Shown here one piece after another: positions 31,821-48,828 of a stretch of DNA of 64,000 bases (positions are counted from its first letter, which is position 1; the number at the start of each line of letters is the position of its first letter). The position numbers were made by a program, and so were the translations under genes. Source of the DNA: the human T2T-CHM13v2.0 reference genome, Homo sapiens; NCBI RefSeq assembly GCF_009914755.1, contig NC_060932.1. One strand, given 5' to 3'. The notes beneath the pieces are model-generated. The model was not told the origin of the DNA. It made no database searches and saw nothing but the letters and a program-made list of their open reading frames with translations.

Positions 31821-32324
31821 CACATGGGCTTTGGGAAGACACATGATGAGACATGAAGAGGATAGAATAAAGGATGAAAAGCAGAGCAAAAAATCCAAAC
31901 AAACCCTGAAAACTGCAATACTCTGGAGAAAGACCACAGGGATTTCCATTCAAATAGTAGTAATAGAAAGGAGAGACATGTGTACTGCAGAACTCACAGC
32001 ATGAGGTGACCGGGTAGGGCAGACGTAGGAGAGGAAGAAGCCAGGACGACTCTGAGATTCTGTCTTGGGCAGCTTGGTGATAATGAAGCCATGGATATTA
32101 GGGGTAGCAAAGTCAGGGGGACAGTGAGGCAGTGAGTTTGGTGTTGAAATCAACAGGGAGAGATGCCCTGTAAATGAAGTTAGCGCTCTCTCAAGACTTG
32201 GCAAATGGGCAGTGGAGATTCATGGATTGCCTGGGGAGAATCTGTAGAGTGAAAACAAAAGAAAGAGTGTGGTGGAACTTGGGAACTCAAAGCGGGACAA
32301 GGAAGGGAGAAAGAGGCTGAGGAG

Positions 32325-32661
<337 letters not shown>

Positions 32662-32976
32662 TTACTGTCATAGATGCCAAGAGAGAAATGAAGGAAGGGA
32701 TAAAGGTTGTGTCAGTATCACAGTCATCAAGGCAGATGAGGGCCACAAAGTGATTGTTGGTTGTGACAATGAGGGGATTATGGACACCTTTCCAAAGATG
32801 ATTAGTTTAAAGGTAAAAATAATGACCGTTGGATTTTAAGACCCAGAAGAAGCTGTAAACCACAAACTAGATGCTATAGGAAATTAAATCAGATAATGAG
32901 AAGATAAACCCAAGAAAATCTCCAAGGACTCAGAAGAAAAGAAAATAGTAGGTGAAAAGAAGGAATATATACTAAA

Positions 32977-33002
<26 letters not shown>
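32977..33002. repeat. (TG)n microsatellite
   Basis: Direct observation. Confidence 0.95.
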
Positions 33003-33007
<5 letters not shown>

Positions 33008-33049
33008 CCCAGTAGAATCCCATAAAGAGAAAACTGTACATAGTATCTG

Positions 33050-34860
33050 ACACATCCAAGAAAGTAATAAGAAAATAAAAAGAAACAAAGTGTAAACATG
33101 ATAAAAGAAGAAATGAAGAAATAAAGCCATATGCCCTCTCTCTTTTCCTTTCTTCTTCTTCTTCTTTTTATTTTTTTGCAAATGACATGATTGTCTACAT
33201 GAGAAATTTTAAAAAATCAACTGGAAACAAAAGTAATATTCAGTAAACTGTTACAAATTATACACAAAACTGGTACTTTCTACATATTAATAATAGTCCT
33301 AAAGTATACATTTAAGATCCCATTAACAATGGTAACAAAAAATGTAAAATAAGTAAGAATGAGCTTGATGGTAAATGCAAGATTATATGAAGAAAACAAA
33401 AACATTATTGATGCACAAAAGAAGGAAACTTGGATAGAAAAAGAAATACAATGCTTTTAAATTGAAATAATCATTTTGCAAAAATGTCAATAAACCTTCA
33501 ATTAATTTTTTAATCTGGCACAATCCCAATCAAAATCCTAAATAGATGTTTTGTGAACATCACAGAATAATTCTAAAGGTAATAATAAATGTAAACAACA
33601 AGTAAATAAAGGAAAAATAATTATCCAAGGCAATATTGAAAAAGATAAAATAGGGATGATAATAATTTTGGAGATATTAACATATCTTAAGCTACAATAA
33701 TTAGAACAATATGGTGTTGATTAATAAATACATAAGTAAAGGAATCAAAATAGAAAATCCAGAGAGAAAGTTGAGTTTTCAATATATGTATATTTACTAC
33801 ATGATAGTTATAATTTAAAATGTTATTTAATATATGACAAAGTAATTTCAGATCAGTGGGGAAAAAATAGATTATTTTATAAATGATATTGGGAAAACTG
33901 GCTCACTATGTGGAATAAACAAACTTAGGTCCCTATTTCTTTCAGACACCAGAAAACTTCCATATTTAAATATGAAAATGAAAAACAAGCTTTCAAACTG
34001 GTTTAATAACATAATATTAAATTTATGCAATGGAACACTCTGTTAGAGTTAGATCTTTATATACTCATATAAGAAATTTTCTAAAATATACTAGTATGTG
34101 AAATAAGTAAGTTACAGAATAATGTGCATGATGTCTCAAATGTGCAGGAAAACTTTATATATCTAACTATATATATATATCTTTATAGATATATTTGCAT
34201 ATGCATAGAAAATGTCTGAAAAAATACACACCAAACTGTTAACAGTAAATGTCATGAAGGGAAGATTGATATATCTAACTAGATATAATTTTGACTCTTT
34301 TATATGGCAAAAAAAGTCCAAAATAAAATTCAAAGACAATAAACTGAGGGCAAATATTTACAATATCTATGAAAAAATGTGATTATCTTTAATATACAAA
34401 GTACTCTTTAAATCCATAAAAAAAGACTAATAACTCAATAGAAAAATGGATGAACAGCATGAATGGGTAACTCATAAAATAAGGAGCACAAATGATCAAA
34501 GACCATACGAACAAGTTTACTAGTCATAAAAGGTATGCAAAAAATAAAATAAGATCCAATCTTTGCCCATAAAATTAACAAAAGTTTTCATGTTTATCTC
34601 GAGTTTTTAAGGTATGTAGAAACAATGGGTAGATCTCCAAATCCTATGAACTCTATAATGTCATTGTCTATTTTTTAAAAAGGAGAGAAGACCAAAACCA
34701 CATATTGTACACATGTACATGACTCTATGGAGAGAAAACCAGAAAAATAGAAAGTTAAATGCTGACCGATGATCTCTAAATGATGGGATAATTATGAACT
34801 TTATTTTCTTCTTTGTAGTTTTTTGCATTTCCCAAAGTTTATGCAATAAAATGCATTGCT
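33050..34860 (+). mobile_element. Old L1M ORF2/3' remnants (very A-rich)
   Basis: tttgcaaatgacatgattgtctac (FADDMIVY-like RT motif), aatcccaatcaaaatcc, aaatgatattgggaaaactgg. Confidence 0.75.
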
Positions 34861-35057
34861 TTTATACTTAGACAAAAAGATTTGCACTCAAGGAAAAAAA
34901 AAGTCATGGTGAGAAATCCCAGAACCCTCATTCTTCTCCTGTTTAAACAATAGCCAAGGGAAGTCTTCTCAGTGGCAGACTGCTCTCCCTCCCTGCCCTG
35001 ATGTTCCCCGTGGCCCCTCCTGTCCCTAACCCTACACTGCTGCCTGATTCTTTAGGA

Positions 35058-35571
35058 CAGCGCTCCCCAATATTTTTGGCACCAGGAACTGGTTTCGTGG
35101 AAGACAATTTTTCCCCAGATGAGGGTGAGGGGTAGTTTCAGGATGATTCAAGCACATTACATTTATTGTGCACTTTATTTTTATTATTATTACATTATAA
35201 TCGATAATGAAATAATTATAAACTCACTGTAATGTAGAATCGGTGAACACCCTGAGCTTGTTTTCCTGCAACTAGAGGGTCCCATGTGGAGGTGATGGGA
35301 GACAGTGACACATCATCAGGCATTAGATTCTCATAAGGAGCGTTGCAACCTAGATTCCTTGCATGTACAGTTCGCAATAGGGTTTGTGCTCCTATGAGAC
35401 TCTAATGCCACAGCCAAACTGACAGGAGGTGGAGCCCAGGTGGTAACAGGAATGATGGGGAGTGGCTGTAAATATGGATAAAGCTGCACTCACTGGCCCA
35501 CCATTTACCTCCTGCTGTGTGGCCCAGTTCCTAACAGGCCATGGACCGGTACTGGGGGTTGGGGACTCCTG
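35058..35571 (+). mobile_element. MER1A hAT-Charlie DNA transposon
   Basis: cag..tccccaa...tttttggcaccagg / ttggggactcctg ends. Internal gcattagattctcataaggagc. Degenerate 8-bp TSD ctttagga / ctgtaggg. Confidence 0.88.
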
Positions 35572-36309
35572 CTGTAGGGTGAGTCTGCATTGCAGGGCAC
35601 TGTTGCAGATGGTCATATCCTGAGGTTTACCCTAGATCTCCTCTCTGCTAAGCAGCCCCAGAAGAGACGTTTTCAAAGACTTCTGTGGTGGTCTTGCAGA
35701 TCTCTCTCAATGCAATCAGGGAGCTGGGTCCCAGACCTTTCATAACAGTCATTGCCAACAGAAGCTCCTTAGCAAATGTTTGGCAGATGTGGCAAAGGAG
35801 TGCTTGTTCACCAAAGAAAGTGGAAAACAACCTATTCAAGAGCTTAGCCCTTAGCCAGGCTCCTTGAAGTTGGGCCCACCCACTTCTGTAGGTCCATGGA
35901 GCTGACAGGATGGAATAGTGTTCAGAGGAGATGAGCACGTCTTCCTTCTGGCCGGTGAAACTAATTTCTGACCATGGCAGCCCATTCTTTAAGCATAGCC
36001 AAGACAGAAGAACGTGCCATCAACACTTCCAACAAGGGAAGTGAATCTAGGGAATTTTATACTTGCCACATGTTTTCTTGCCTAGGATAGAGACTGTTTT
36101 ATACTTCTGTAGGGGTATAGACCTAGTAAAATGCCAGCCTTTAATAGGTGCCCATGAATGCTTATTACACCATGGACTGGTGGTTCTTAGCTAATTCCTT
36201 CTCTTTTCTGGCTTGCTCCTAAAAGATGAGGTAGCTGAGCCAGGTGATCTACTTTCCCTCGGGTTCTAACATCCACATGGTGGATTCAGAGCTATCTAGA
36301 CATACCATA

Positions 36310-36846
36310 AAAATAAGACTGCTTATATGATCCAGCAATCACACTTTGGGGGATAGAAATCCAGGTGTCACTGCAGCACTATTCACAATAGCCAGGATGA
36401 GGAAACAGTAGGATGTCTATCAACAGATGAATGGATAAAGAAAATGTAGTATATCCGTACAATGGAACACTATTCAGCCTTAAAAAGGAAATACTGTAGT
36501 TGGTGACAACGTGGATAAACCTTGAGGTTATTATGCTAAGTGAAACAAGCCAGTCACCAAAGGACAAATATTGTGTGATTCCACGTACATGATATATCTA
36601 AAATAGTCAAACCCACAGAAGCAGAGAGGAATGGTGGTTGCCAGGGTTGGCGTGGGGTGGTGGGGGGACATGGGGAGTTGCTCATTGATGAGTATAGACT
36701 TTCAGTCATGAAGGAAATTCTAGAAAGCTTGGTGTACAATACCGTGTCCATAGTTAACAATATCATATTGTACACTCAAAAATCTTTTGAGTATATCTCA
36801 AGGTAAGTGTTCTTATCACAATAAGATAAAATAAAAATAAACTAAA
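36310..36846 (+). mobile_element. L1MA-type 3' end
   Basis: gcagcactattcacaatagcca...caacagatgaatggataaagaaaatgt...tgttcttatcacaataa. Confidence 0.85.
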
Positions 36847-36899
36847 CCCACTTGAAGAAGGCAGGATGAAATCCAAGTTCTTTCCAAAGACACTGCACA

Positions 36900-37520
36900 T
36901 CTTGAAGCCTGACAGCACACTCTGCTGGCAAGGCTGCGGGGAAACTGAGGCTGCATGCATTGTTGTAGGAATGCACAATATGAGTGATGTGCCTTTTTAC
37001 TCAGTGATTCCACTTCCGTGATTTTTCCAACTAAAGATATCTGCACACTTATGAAATGACTTGTATATAAGGTTATTCATTTCAGCCCTGTCACAGTAGA
37101 AAATAAGTGAACATTGTTGGAAATAACTCAAGTGCCCATGAGCTGGGGATTGGTTAATAAACAATGATATGTACTCAGAGTGGAAAACTTCGTAACTGTA
37201 AAAAAAACCATGAGGATCTCTAAGATCTGATATGAAAAGCTCTCCAGGATAACTTTAGTGTAAAAAGCAAGGCGCAGAACAGCATATCTATTGCTTTATT
37301 TTTATAGAAGAAGGAGAAAATAAGATATTTCTTCACATTTGCTTGTATTTACATAAACAAACTCTGGAAGGGTGCTTAAAAAACTAAGAGAGGCTGTGGG
37401 TGGTGGTATTGATATGGGTAGATGAGATAGAGACATCTATATGTGTGTTCTATCATTCTGATTTTTAAAGCCATGTGAATACCTATTACCTGCTAAAAAT
37501 AAACCAAACTTATAAAATAA
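36900..37520 (+). mobile_element. L1ME-like remnant
   Basis: aataactcaagtgcccat...ggattggttaataa; aaaagcaaggcgcagaacagcat. Confidence 0.55.
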
Positions 37521-37839
37521 CGTGGAATGTGCAGCAGTCACATAATATTTTGGAGGTGTATCATCATTATCCTGGAGACATCAGTCTCTAGTTCTCTTTC
37601 ACTGATGCTGAGAGGTAAAGAAGGATGGCCTTGTCCCTTTGCAGCAAGGAGAGCTCAGAGAACCCTCATTCCACTTTTGAAGGTTATTTGGGGAAGTGCA
37701 ACTGCTGGAATAAGACCCTGGGTGCTATGGAGCAGGGCATGAGCAAGGTGTAGGAAGCCACATTAACAAATCACAATACTTTGGGAGGATGATGATGACA
37801 TAGAAACAGAATTAGATCTGGATTTGTCCAGATAAAGTT

Positions 37840-38715
37840 TTAAAAAACAGCTATATGGAGGTATAGTTTACATATAATAAACTTCACCCATTTTAAGTGT
37901 ACATTTCAATGATTTTTAAAAAAATGTACAAAGTTGCGCAACGATCACCATAATCTAAATTTAGAACATTTTTATCATCCCAGAAAGAAATTTTGTACCA
38001 TGTATGCAGTCATTCCTTATTCCCCCCGCCAGTTCCAAGCAACCATGAATCTACTTTCTGTCTCTGTAATCTCCTTTTTGCCCTTCCTGGACATTTAATA
38101 TAAATGGAGTCATAATACTTGTTTTTTTTTGTGTTGGCATCTTTTACTCAGCGTAATGTTTTTGAGGTTCATCCATGCTGTACATGTATTAGTACTTCAT
38201 TCCTTTTTATTGTTGAATAATATTTCATTGTATGGATAGAGACCACATTTGTTTATCCAATTGGTGGACATTTGGTTTATTTCCACTTTGGCTATTATGA
38301 ATGATGCTGCTGTGAACATTTGCTGTAAGTCTCTGTGCAAACACTTGTTTTCAATTCTCTTGCTTAGACGTCTAGAGTGGAACTGCTGGGTCATATTGTA
38401 AATTTATGTTTAACATTTTAAGAAACTACCAAACTGTTTTTCAAAGTGGTTGCTCCATTTTACAATTCCACCAGAAGGTTCTAGTTTCTCCACATCTTTG
38501 TCAACACTTATAATTGTCTGTCTTTTGATTGTGGCCATGCTAGTGGGTGTAAACTGGTATCTCATGTTTTTAATTTGCATTTCCCTAAGGACTAGTGATG
38601 TTGAGTTCCTTTTCATGTCCTTATTGACTATTTTTATATCTTTGGTGAAATGTCTATGTCAATTTCTTGCCCATTTAAAAATTGGATTATTTATCTTCTA
38701 AAATTGGATTATCTA
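37840..38715 (-). mobile_element. L1MB-type 3' region
   Basis: ttcacccattttaagtgtaca...tgaggttcatccatgctgta...gtatctcatgtttttaatttgcatttccctaa. Confidence 0.85.
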
Positions 38716-38959
38716 TCCAGAAATAATTGTAATAGGTGTGTCCCAAGGAGTAAGGGAAAATGGAGGCAGCAGGGTGAGTGGAAAGCAAGATGGCAGCAAA
38801 TATTTCCATAGATGGGAGAGGGGCTACCCAGTTGGAACTCTGCTCTGATCAGCTGTCAGGGCTGGACTTGCCTCATTCTTGAACTTCTGGTTTCCGGCCT
38901 CAATCCCCATCTGTACATGGGGTTGTACAAAGCCTTTGCCTTCCCTGCCTTCCCAGCCA

Positions 38960-42080
<3,121 letters not shown>

Positions 42081-42107
42081 TATATATTGGCCCAGGTAGT
42101 CCCATTG

Positions 42108-42500
42108 TTCATTCATTCAACAAGCATTGATTGAGCTCTTTTCATATACTAAGCACCATGCTAAGGGCTTGGGATAAGAGATGAGAGAGGCATGCCTCTG
42201 CCTTTGAGGACATAGTAGCCTACAGGGGGAGTTGGATGTGTGTGCAGAGGGTCCAAGGACCCTCTGTGCTGTAACCAGGCATATACCTAGCACTGGAGAA
42301 GCAAACCTAAGGACGTGATGGACCCTGCTCAGGGTGACCAAATAAAGACCAGCAGAGGATGCTACCGCTGAGCTGGTCCTGAGGAGTGGAGTGTGCTCAG
42401 GAGGGAAGGCCATGCCTGGCAAAGGAAGCAGCACATCCACAGGCAGGGAGCAGCAACTTGTGTTGTGTGTCTGGAGGGTGGAGTTCACAAGGCCAAGAGG
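42108..42500 (-). mobile_element. L2 3' end, opposite orientation (tail-to-tail with the preceding L2)
   Basis: ttcattcattcaacaagcattgattgagc...aagcaccatgctaagg. Confidence 0.7.
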
Positions 42501-42806
42501 TGAAGTGGAGTGGCAGTGGATGAGCCCAGCAAGATTGATGAGGGCAGATGAGCATGTGCCAGGGGAGGTTTGTAGATGAAAAGGGCGGGGGCAGGGGCAG
42601 GGGAGGAGTAGGGCTGACATGATCAGGGCTGGATTGTAGAGAGAGAATTCCTGCATGTGATGTGGTGGGGGTGGATAAGAATGGGCACGATAAAGGCCAG
42701 TGGGGGCTAGCAGACCAATTCGTGTGAGGGATGGGTCAGCATGGCACAAAAGTGGTCATTCCTGGAGGCAGACCAGTGTGCCACACCCTCTGTAGTGCAG
42801 CAATGC

Positions 42807-43170
42807 TGATAGGGGCTGCATGTTTGCAACTCCAAAATGCATGTGTGGAAGCCCTACTTCCCAAGATGATGGTGTTCGGACGTGGGGCCTCTGGGAGGTA
42901 GTGATGAGGGTGGAGCCCTTGTGATGGGCTAGGTACCTTCATAAGAAGAGACACTAGAGAACTCACTTCCTCCCTCTCTCTCTGCTCTCTGCCAAGTGCA
43001 CCCACAGTGAGAAGGCTAACTACAAAGCAGCAAGCAGGCCCTTGTCAGACACTGAATCTGCTGGCACATTGGTCTTGGACTTCCCAGCCCCTAGAACTGT
43101 GAGAATAAATGTGTGTTTTTTAAGCCACCCAGTCTATGGAATTTTTGTTATAGCAACCTGACCTAAGATG
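42807..43170 (+). mobile_element. MLT1A-type MaLR LTR
   Basis: tgatgagggtggagccct...cttggacttcccagcc.ctagaactgtgagaataaat...taagccacccagtctatgg. Confidence 0.85.
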
Positions 43171-43359
43171 TTCAGGGAGAGGGGCTTTCCTGACGCAGAG
43201 AGAAAATCTCTGGGGCCCTCTCCTGCCTTGCCACTGGGGAGTCTTTGCGTGTCTGCCTTTCCCCAAGAGGAGAAACGAAAAGTATCCTTAGGATGGAATG
43301 TGATCAGATTTCAGCAGACATTGAGACAGTCCTGAGTCCTAGAAGCACTGGCAAGGTGG

Positions 43360-44293
<934 letters not shown>

Positions 44294-44364
44294 TAGGAGA
44301 CTGAGCTGACCTGGCTAGGTTAAGCTTCACGATCGTGATTAGTGGAGAGCCATTTTCTCCAAGG

Positions 44365-44545
44365 CAATGGTCTCACCCCTGCCTTAATGTGAGAATCACC
44401 AGGGGAACTCTTCAAGCTACCAAGGCTGGGCCCCACTGGGTGGAGGTTTTGATTGAAGGAGTCTGGAGTGGGGCCCAGGTGTTGCTGTTGGTTTATAAGT
44501 TTCCCAGGTGATCTAATGTAGAGTTAGGGACAAGAATGACAACCC
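44365..44545. mobile_element. MER5-like hAT element
   Basis: agaatcaccagggga...gtggggcccagg...ttcccaggtgatctaatg. Confidence 0.65.
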
Positions 44546-45149
44546 TAAAGTCTAATTCCCCTGAAGTCCGTAGCCAAATCTATGACTGACTACAACCCAG
44601 ATTTCTCCCCTCCTCATCAGTGAGCTCAGTTCGGTTCATTAGAAGACTATGTGTCTTCTTCATAAAGAGGACAATCTTCCCCTGACCTCAGCTGGGGACC
44701 CTTGTGTCCTGGGTCCTGGAGATGAAGGGGATCCAGCACCCAATTGAGAAGCTGAAGTCACAAACACAAGTCGCCCTGCGCTCCCACTATTCGTGATGAT
44801 GTTGGTTGCCATACAAATTTAGCCCATAGTGGGCTGGTTGTGTTTGAGCCTCCCCCACCAAGTTCTGTATGGGAAATCTAGTTAAGAGCCTTCTTCCTGG
44901 GGGAGGTTGAGTGTAACAGCTGCTCTTCGCCAGGGCTGATGGGCCCGCCAGGATGCAAGCCGGGTGCTGCCCCTGGAGCCGAAAGCCTTTCATCCCCAAG
45001 GACGGGTTCGAATTTCAGGCTGGTGTCCAGCAGCCAGGCTGGTGTCCACTGCTGCTGCTGAGGACAAAGACACATCCTGGGCTGTGAGGACAGAGGCACC
45101 TCCACCCAGGAGCTGGGGTTCACAGCATGCTCTGACACATTGAGAAAGA

Positions 45150-45635
45150 GGTATTGTGCAGTTGCTGTGGATCAGAGATCCTCCTCCCTTGCTTGCCTCT
45201 ATTCTAGAAGCTGGGAAGCTAAAACACTGGATTTCCCAGGCTCTACTGCATTGAGAGGCAGCCATATTCTGGCCCAGAATATGTAGGAGAAAATCCCTAG
45301 GGAGGGATCTCTTCTGGAATAAAAGGCAAAGTCTCACTTGGAGAAGAAAATCCTTGCTGTCTTTTGTCCCCTCACTCATTTCCTTCTTCCTGCCTGGAAT
45401 GTGAATGGGATGTTGGTGTATTGAAGCCATCCTGTGACTGAGAGGGGACAAGTGTGTGACTGAAAGCCTGTGTTCTAAAGATGATAAAGCAAAAAGATGG
45501 AAAGAGCCCAGTCCTTGGCTGAATCAGCCCAGGATTCAGCCCCTAGACTTCTTGTTGCATGACACAAACCAACCCCTTAGTCTCCTATGATAGGGATTTT
45601 TCTCCCTTGTCCCCAAACACATTTCTATTAACGCC
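45150..45635 (+). mobile_element. Old MLT1 (J/K/L-like) LTR
   Basis: cttcttcctgcctggaatgtgaa...gccatcctgtgac...gcaaaaagatggaaagagcc. Confidence 0.6.
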
Positions 45636-46689
45636 TAGGTCACTTCTGACAAGTGGGTGCCAGAGGCTGGTCTCCAGAAAGGCGACCTAACGTTGTGAAG
45701 AGGTTATTCGAGTAAACGAGTAAATGCTGGGGTACGTGGATTCCAGCCCCAGTTCTACATATAGGCTGTGGCTTAGGGAGTTATTTACTGTCACTAAGGT
45801 ATAGTTTACTGATCTGCAAAATGGCAATAATACCTGTCTCACACAGCAGGGCTATTCTAAAAATAAAATGAGTTAAAAGCATGGAAGTATTTTTAAGACT
45901 GTGAAGCAATGTCTGTGGGTCAGGTTTTGTTATTGTGAACAAAAGGCATCAGCAATTTTTTCCACCGGCCCCTGGAGCAGCAGTGACCTTGACAGCCGGA
46001 AGACTTCCTCCAAATGGTCCATATCTCCAGCTGCCTGGAGCCAGAGAGACTGAGCTTCCTAGCATCTTTGGTGGGGCTAGAAATAAGCGGCCCGGGAACA
46101 CTGGTGCACATGGAGACACAGCATCTCACAGGCAGCCCTCTGGTCCTGTCCATGTCCCCAGGGGGTATTAAGCTCACCTGGGAATGGGACTGTTACAGAA
46201 TCCTGGAGCACTGGAAGGAATAGGGATCATGTTGCCTTTATGGTAAACCTAGCAGGAACCATCCAGGATCTTCCACAGCCTCCCAGCAATGGGTCCCCCA
46301 CTATCCTGGGAATGCAGTTCATTCTGGTACAGCTTAGGTTGTTAGAAAGCGCTATGTCCCATGGAGCCCCAAAATGCCTTCTTCAAACTCACACTGTCTC
46401 CAAGAATGACATTAGAACAGGCCCTGTCCTGCTTGCGCATGGCAGCCCCTCAGATATTTGAAAGCATTTATCACGGCTTTCAATGACCGGCTCTTCAGGC
46501 AAAAGGTCCCAGTTTCTTCACTAATTCAGCTCCCTGGGGCTCCATCCTACATCCTGCCTCAAGTGGCTCACAGTTACTGAGGGAGACAGACGTGTAAACA
46601 GCAACAGTGTGATGCAGGGAAAATCATCTAAACAGACATTATTATTCTGAGTCTATAAATGGAAAAATGGGGGCTCAGGGTCTCTGCCT

Positions 46690-46890
46690 AAGGCAGTGAA
46701 CTTCAGATGTGAATCCTACTCGGCTGCTGTGCAGCCTTGGGCAAGTTGCCTAAACTCTCTGGGCCTCAGGTTCACTATGTATAAGATGGAGATAATAATC
46801 AAAGTGCTTTTCTCTTAGACTGCATGCATATTAAGTGAATTAATACATGGCTCAGAATAATGCCTGGCATATGTGAAGCGATCAACACAT
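46690..46890 (+). mobile_element. MIR
   Basis: ccttgggcaagttgcctaaactctctgggcctcag...tgcctggcatatg. Confidence 0.75.
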
Positions 46891-47914
46891 GAAAGACAAG
46901 TGAATGGCTTCTCTGGGATTCAAAATCATATCGCTTGTCTCCAAATTCCACTCTCTTCCCCCTGCTCAGAGGGTAGAGGGACAGATTTGGAGCTGACTTT
47001 TACTCACAACAATATGGTATTTGTTTGTGTGTTGCAAATTCCTGCACACCTAGGTCTCTGGACACTTGTGCAATTTAAAACATCCATGCTACAAACATAT
47101 ACTTGTTGGCAACATGTTCCGGCATCTCCGAATCAAGTGCCTTCTGCCACTGTGCTGCCCAGTCCTCTGGGGAAGACAGTCCCTCTAGAGCATCTGCCCA
47201 CTCAAGATGGCTGGGGAAGGAACGCTCTCGCCTGGCTCACATGGCTCTGGCTGTGTGCCAAGGGGTGTGGGCCAGCCGGGTGGCGAGTTCAAATCCTCAT
47301 TGTACTCTGTCCCCTCCTCAAAGTCTGTGCTGTGCTGCGTACCCCGGGTCACTGCAACTTTTTTGTCTTAACAAAGCTGAGAAACGTATGTAAATTTCAA
47401 AGCTTCATCCGCAGCCAAGCAGGCAGCAAAAATCACTACATGTCAAATGATGAATTAAGATATTATCCATACTGCATGAAAGGGAGAGAGAAGAGGAAAC
47501 TGATGGAAGAGAAAGAAAAAAAAAAAGAGCTCCTAAGCAACAAAGGGTGTGGATCGTTTCTTTAGTAAAGTAGCAATCAGACAAATATCTCTATCTCCCA
47601 AGCTACATTCATATCCACCATCCTAACCATTTCCTCCTCTGACTTAACCTGTTTCTATGAATGGCACTGCCATTTTGTGAAATTCAAAGTATGAATCATC
47701 TTTCGACTCTTCCCTCTCAAAGTCACGCCCAATTCTTACTGATTTCTGAGTTTACAGTCTCTAGAATCTATCCTCACCTTTCCCCATCCTTTCTGACACC
47801 CTTGAGCGAGGTCTGCGCTAGCTCTTGCCTCTATTTCGATAGCATCCTAACTGGCCTTCTAACCTCTAAACCTCTCTTCCTATTCACTAGATGCTTGCTT
47901 ACCATCAGAGAAAG

Positions 47915-48090
47915 CTAGTGGTGTTTTGGTAAACCAACTCTCTCAGGAAAAAAAGAAAAATCAGGCCGTGACTTGTAGCGATTGTTCATTTCCACGGGTG
48001 ATATTCACACCGTGGTCTGTCCAAGCTACCAACATGAGGTGAGTGGCTGCAGCATTGGAAAGACGTAGAATTGGCGTTTGCAAGCTCATT
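47915..48090. mobile_element. Second MER63-like element (inverted relative to 27883)
   Basis: tagtggtgttttggtaaaccaactctc...ttgtagcgattg...caagctaccaacatga. Confidence 0.55.
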
Positions 48091-48506
48091 GCTGCCCGAT
48101 AATCTTCCTAAAGAACAACTCGCTACAGACTTAGGCCCTAAATATAAACTTCATAACCTGGCATCTGTGGCCCTGCACCTCTAGCTGTCAGTTAGCCTGC
48201 CCAGGGGACTCCATCATACCCATACACATGCCCACACAGACGGAGGATGTTTCTGATCTCCAGTGTGATTCTTGCTTCCCCACCTCTGTGCCTTTATTTG
48301 TGTAGTCTCTCTGCCCATCAGAAAATCCTTCCCCTTCCTCAAGACTCATCTCATCTATGAATACTTCTTTGAAGTCCCTTGGACCAGAGAAGCTGTCCTC
48401 ATTCTTTGAACCCCAATAGCATTTTGCTTGTACCTTTGCTGAGGCACCTTCCATATTCTGCTATGTATTTGGTTCTGTGTGGGCTTCTTTTGGCCTCTCT
48501 TATTAG

Positions 48507-48828
<322 letters not shown>

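Noticed and set aside
42117-42749. 210-aa minus-strand ORF
   Set aside because: Largely lies in a decayed L2 3' region; no homology recognised.
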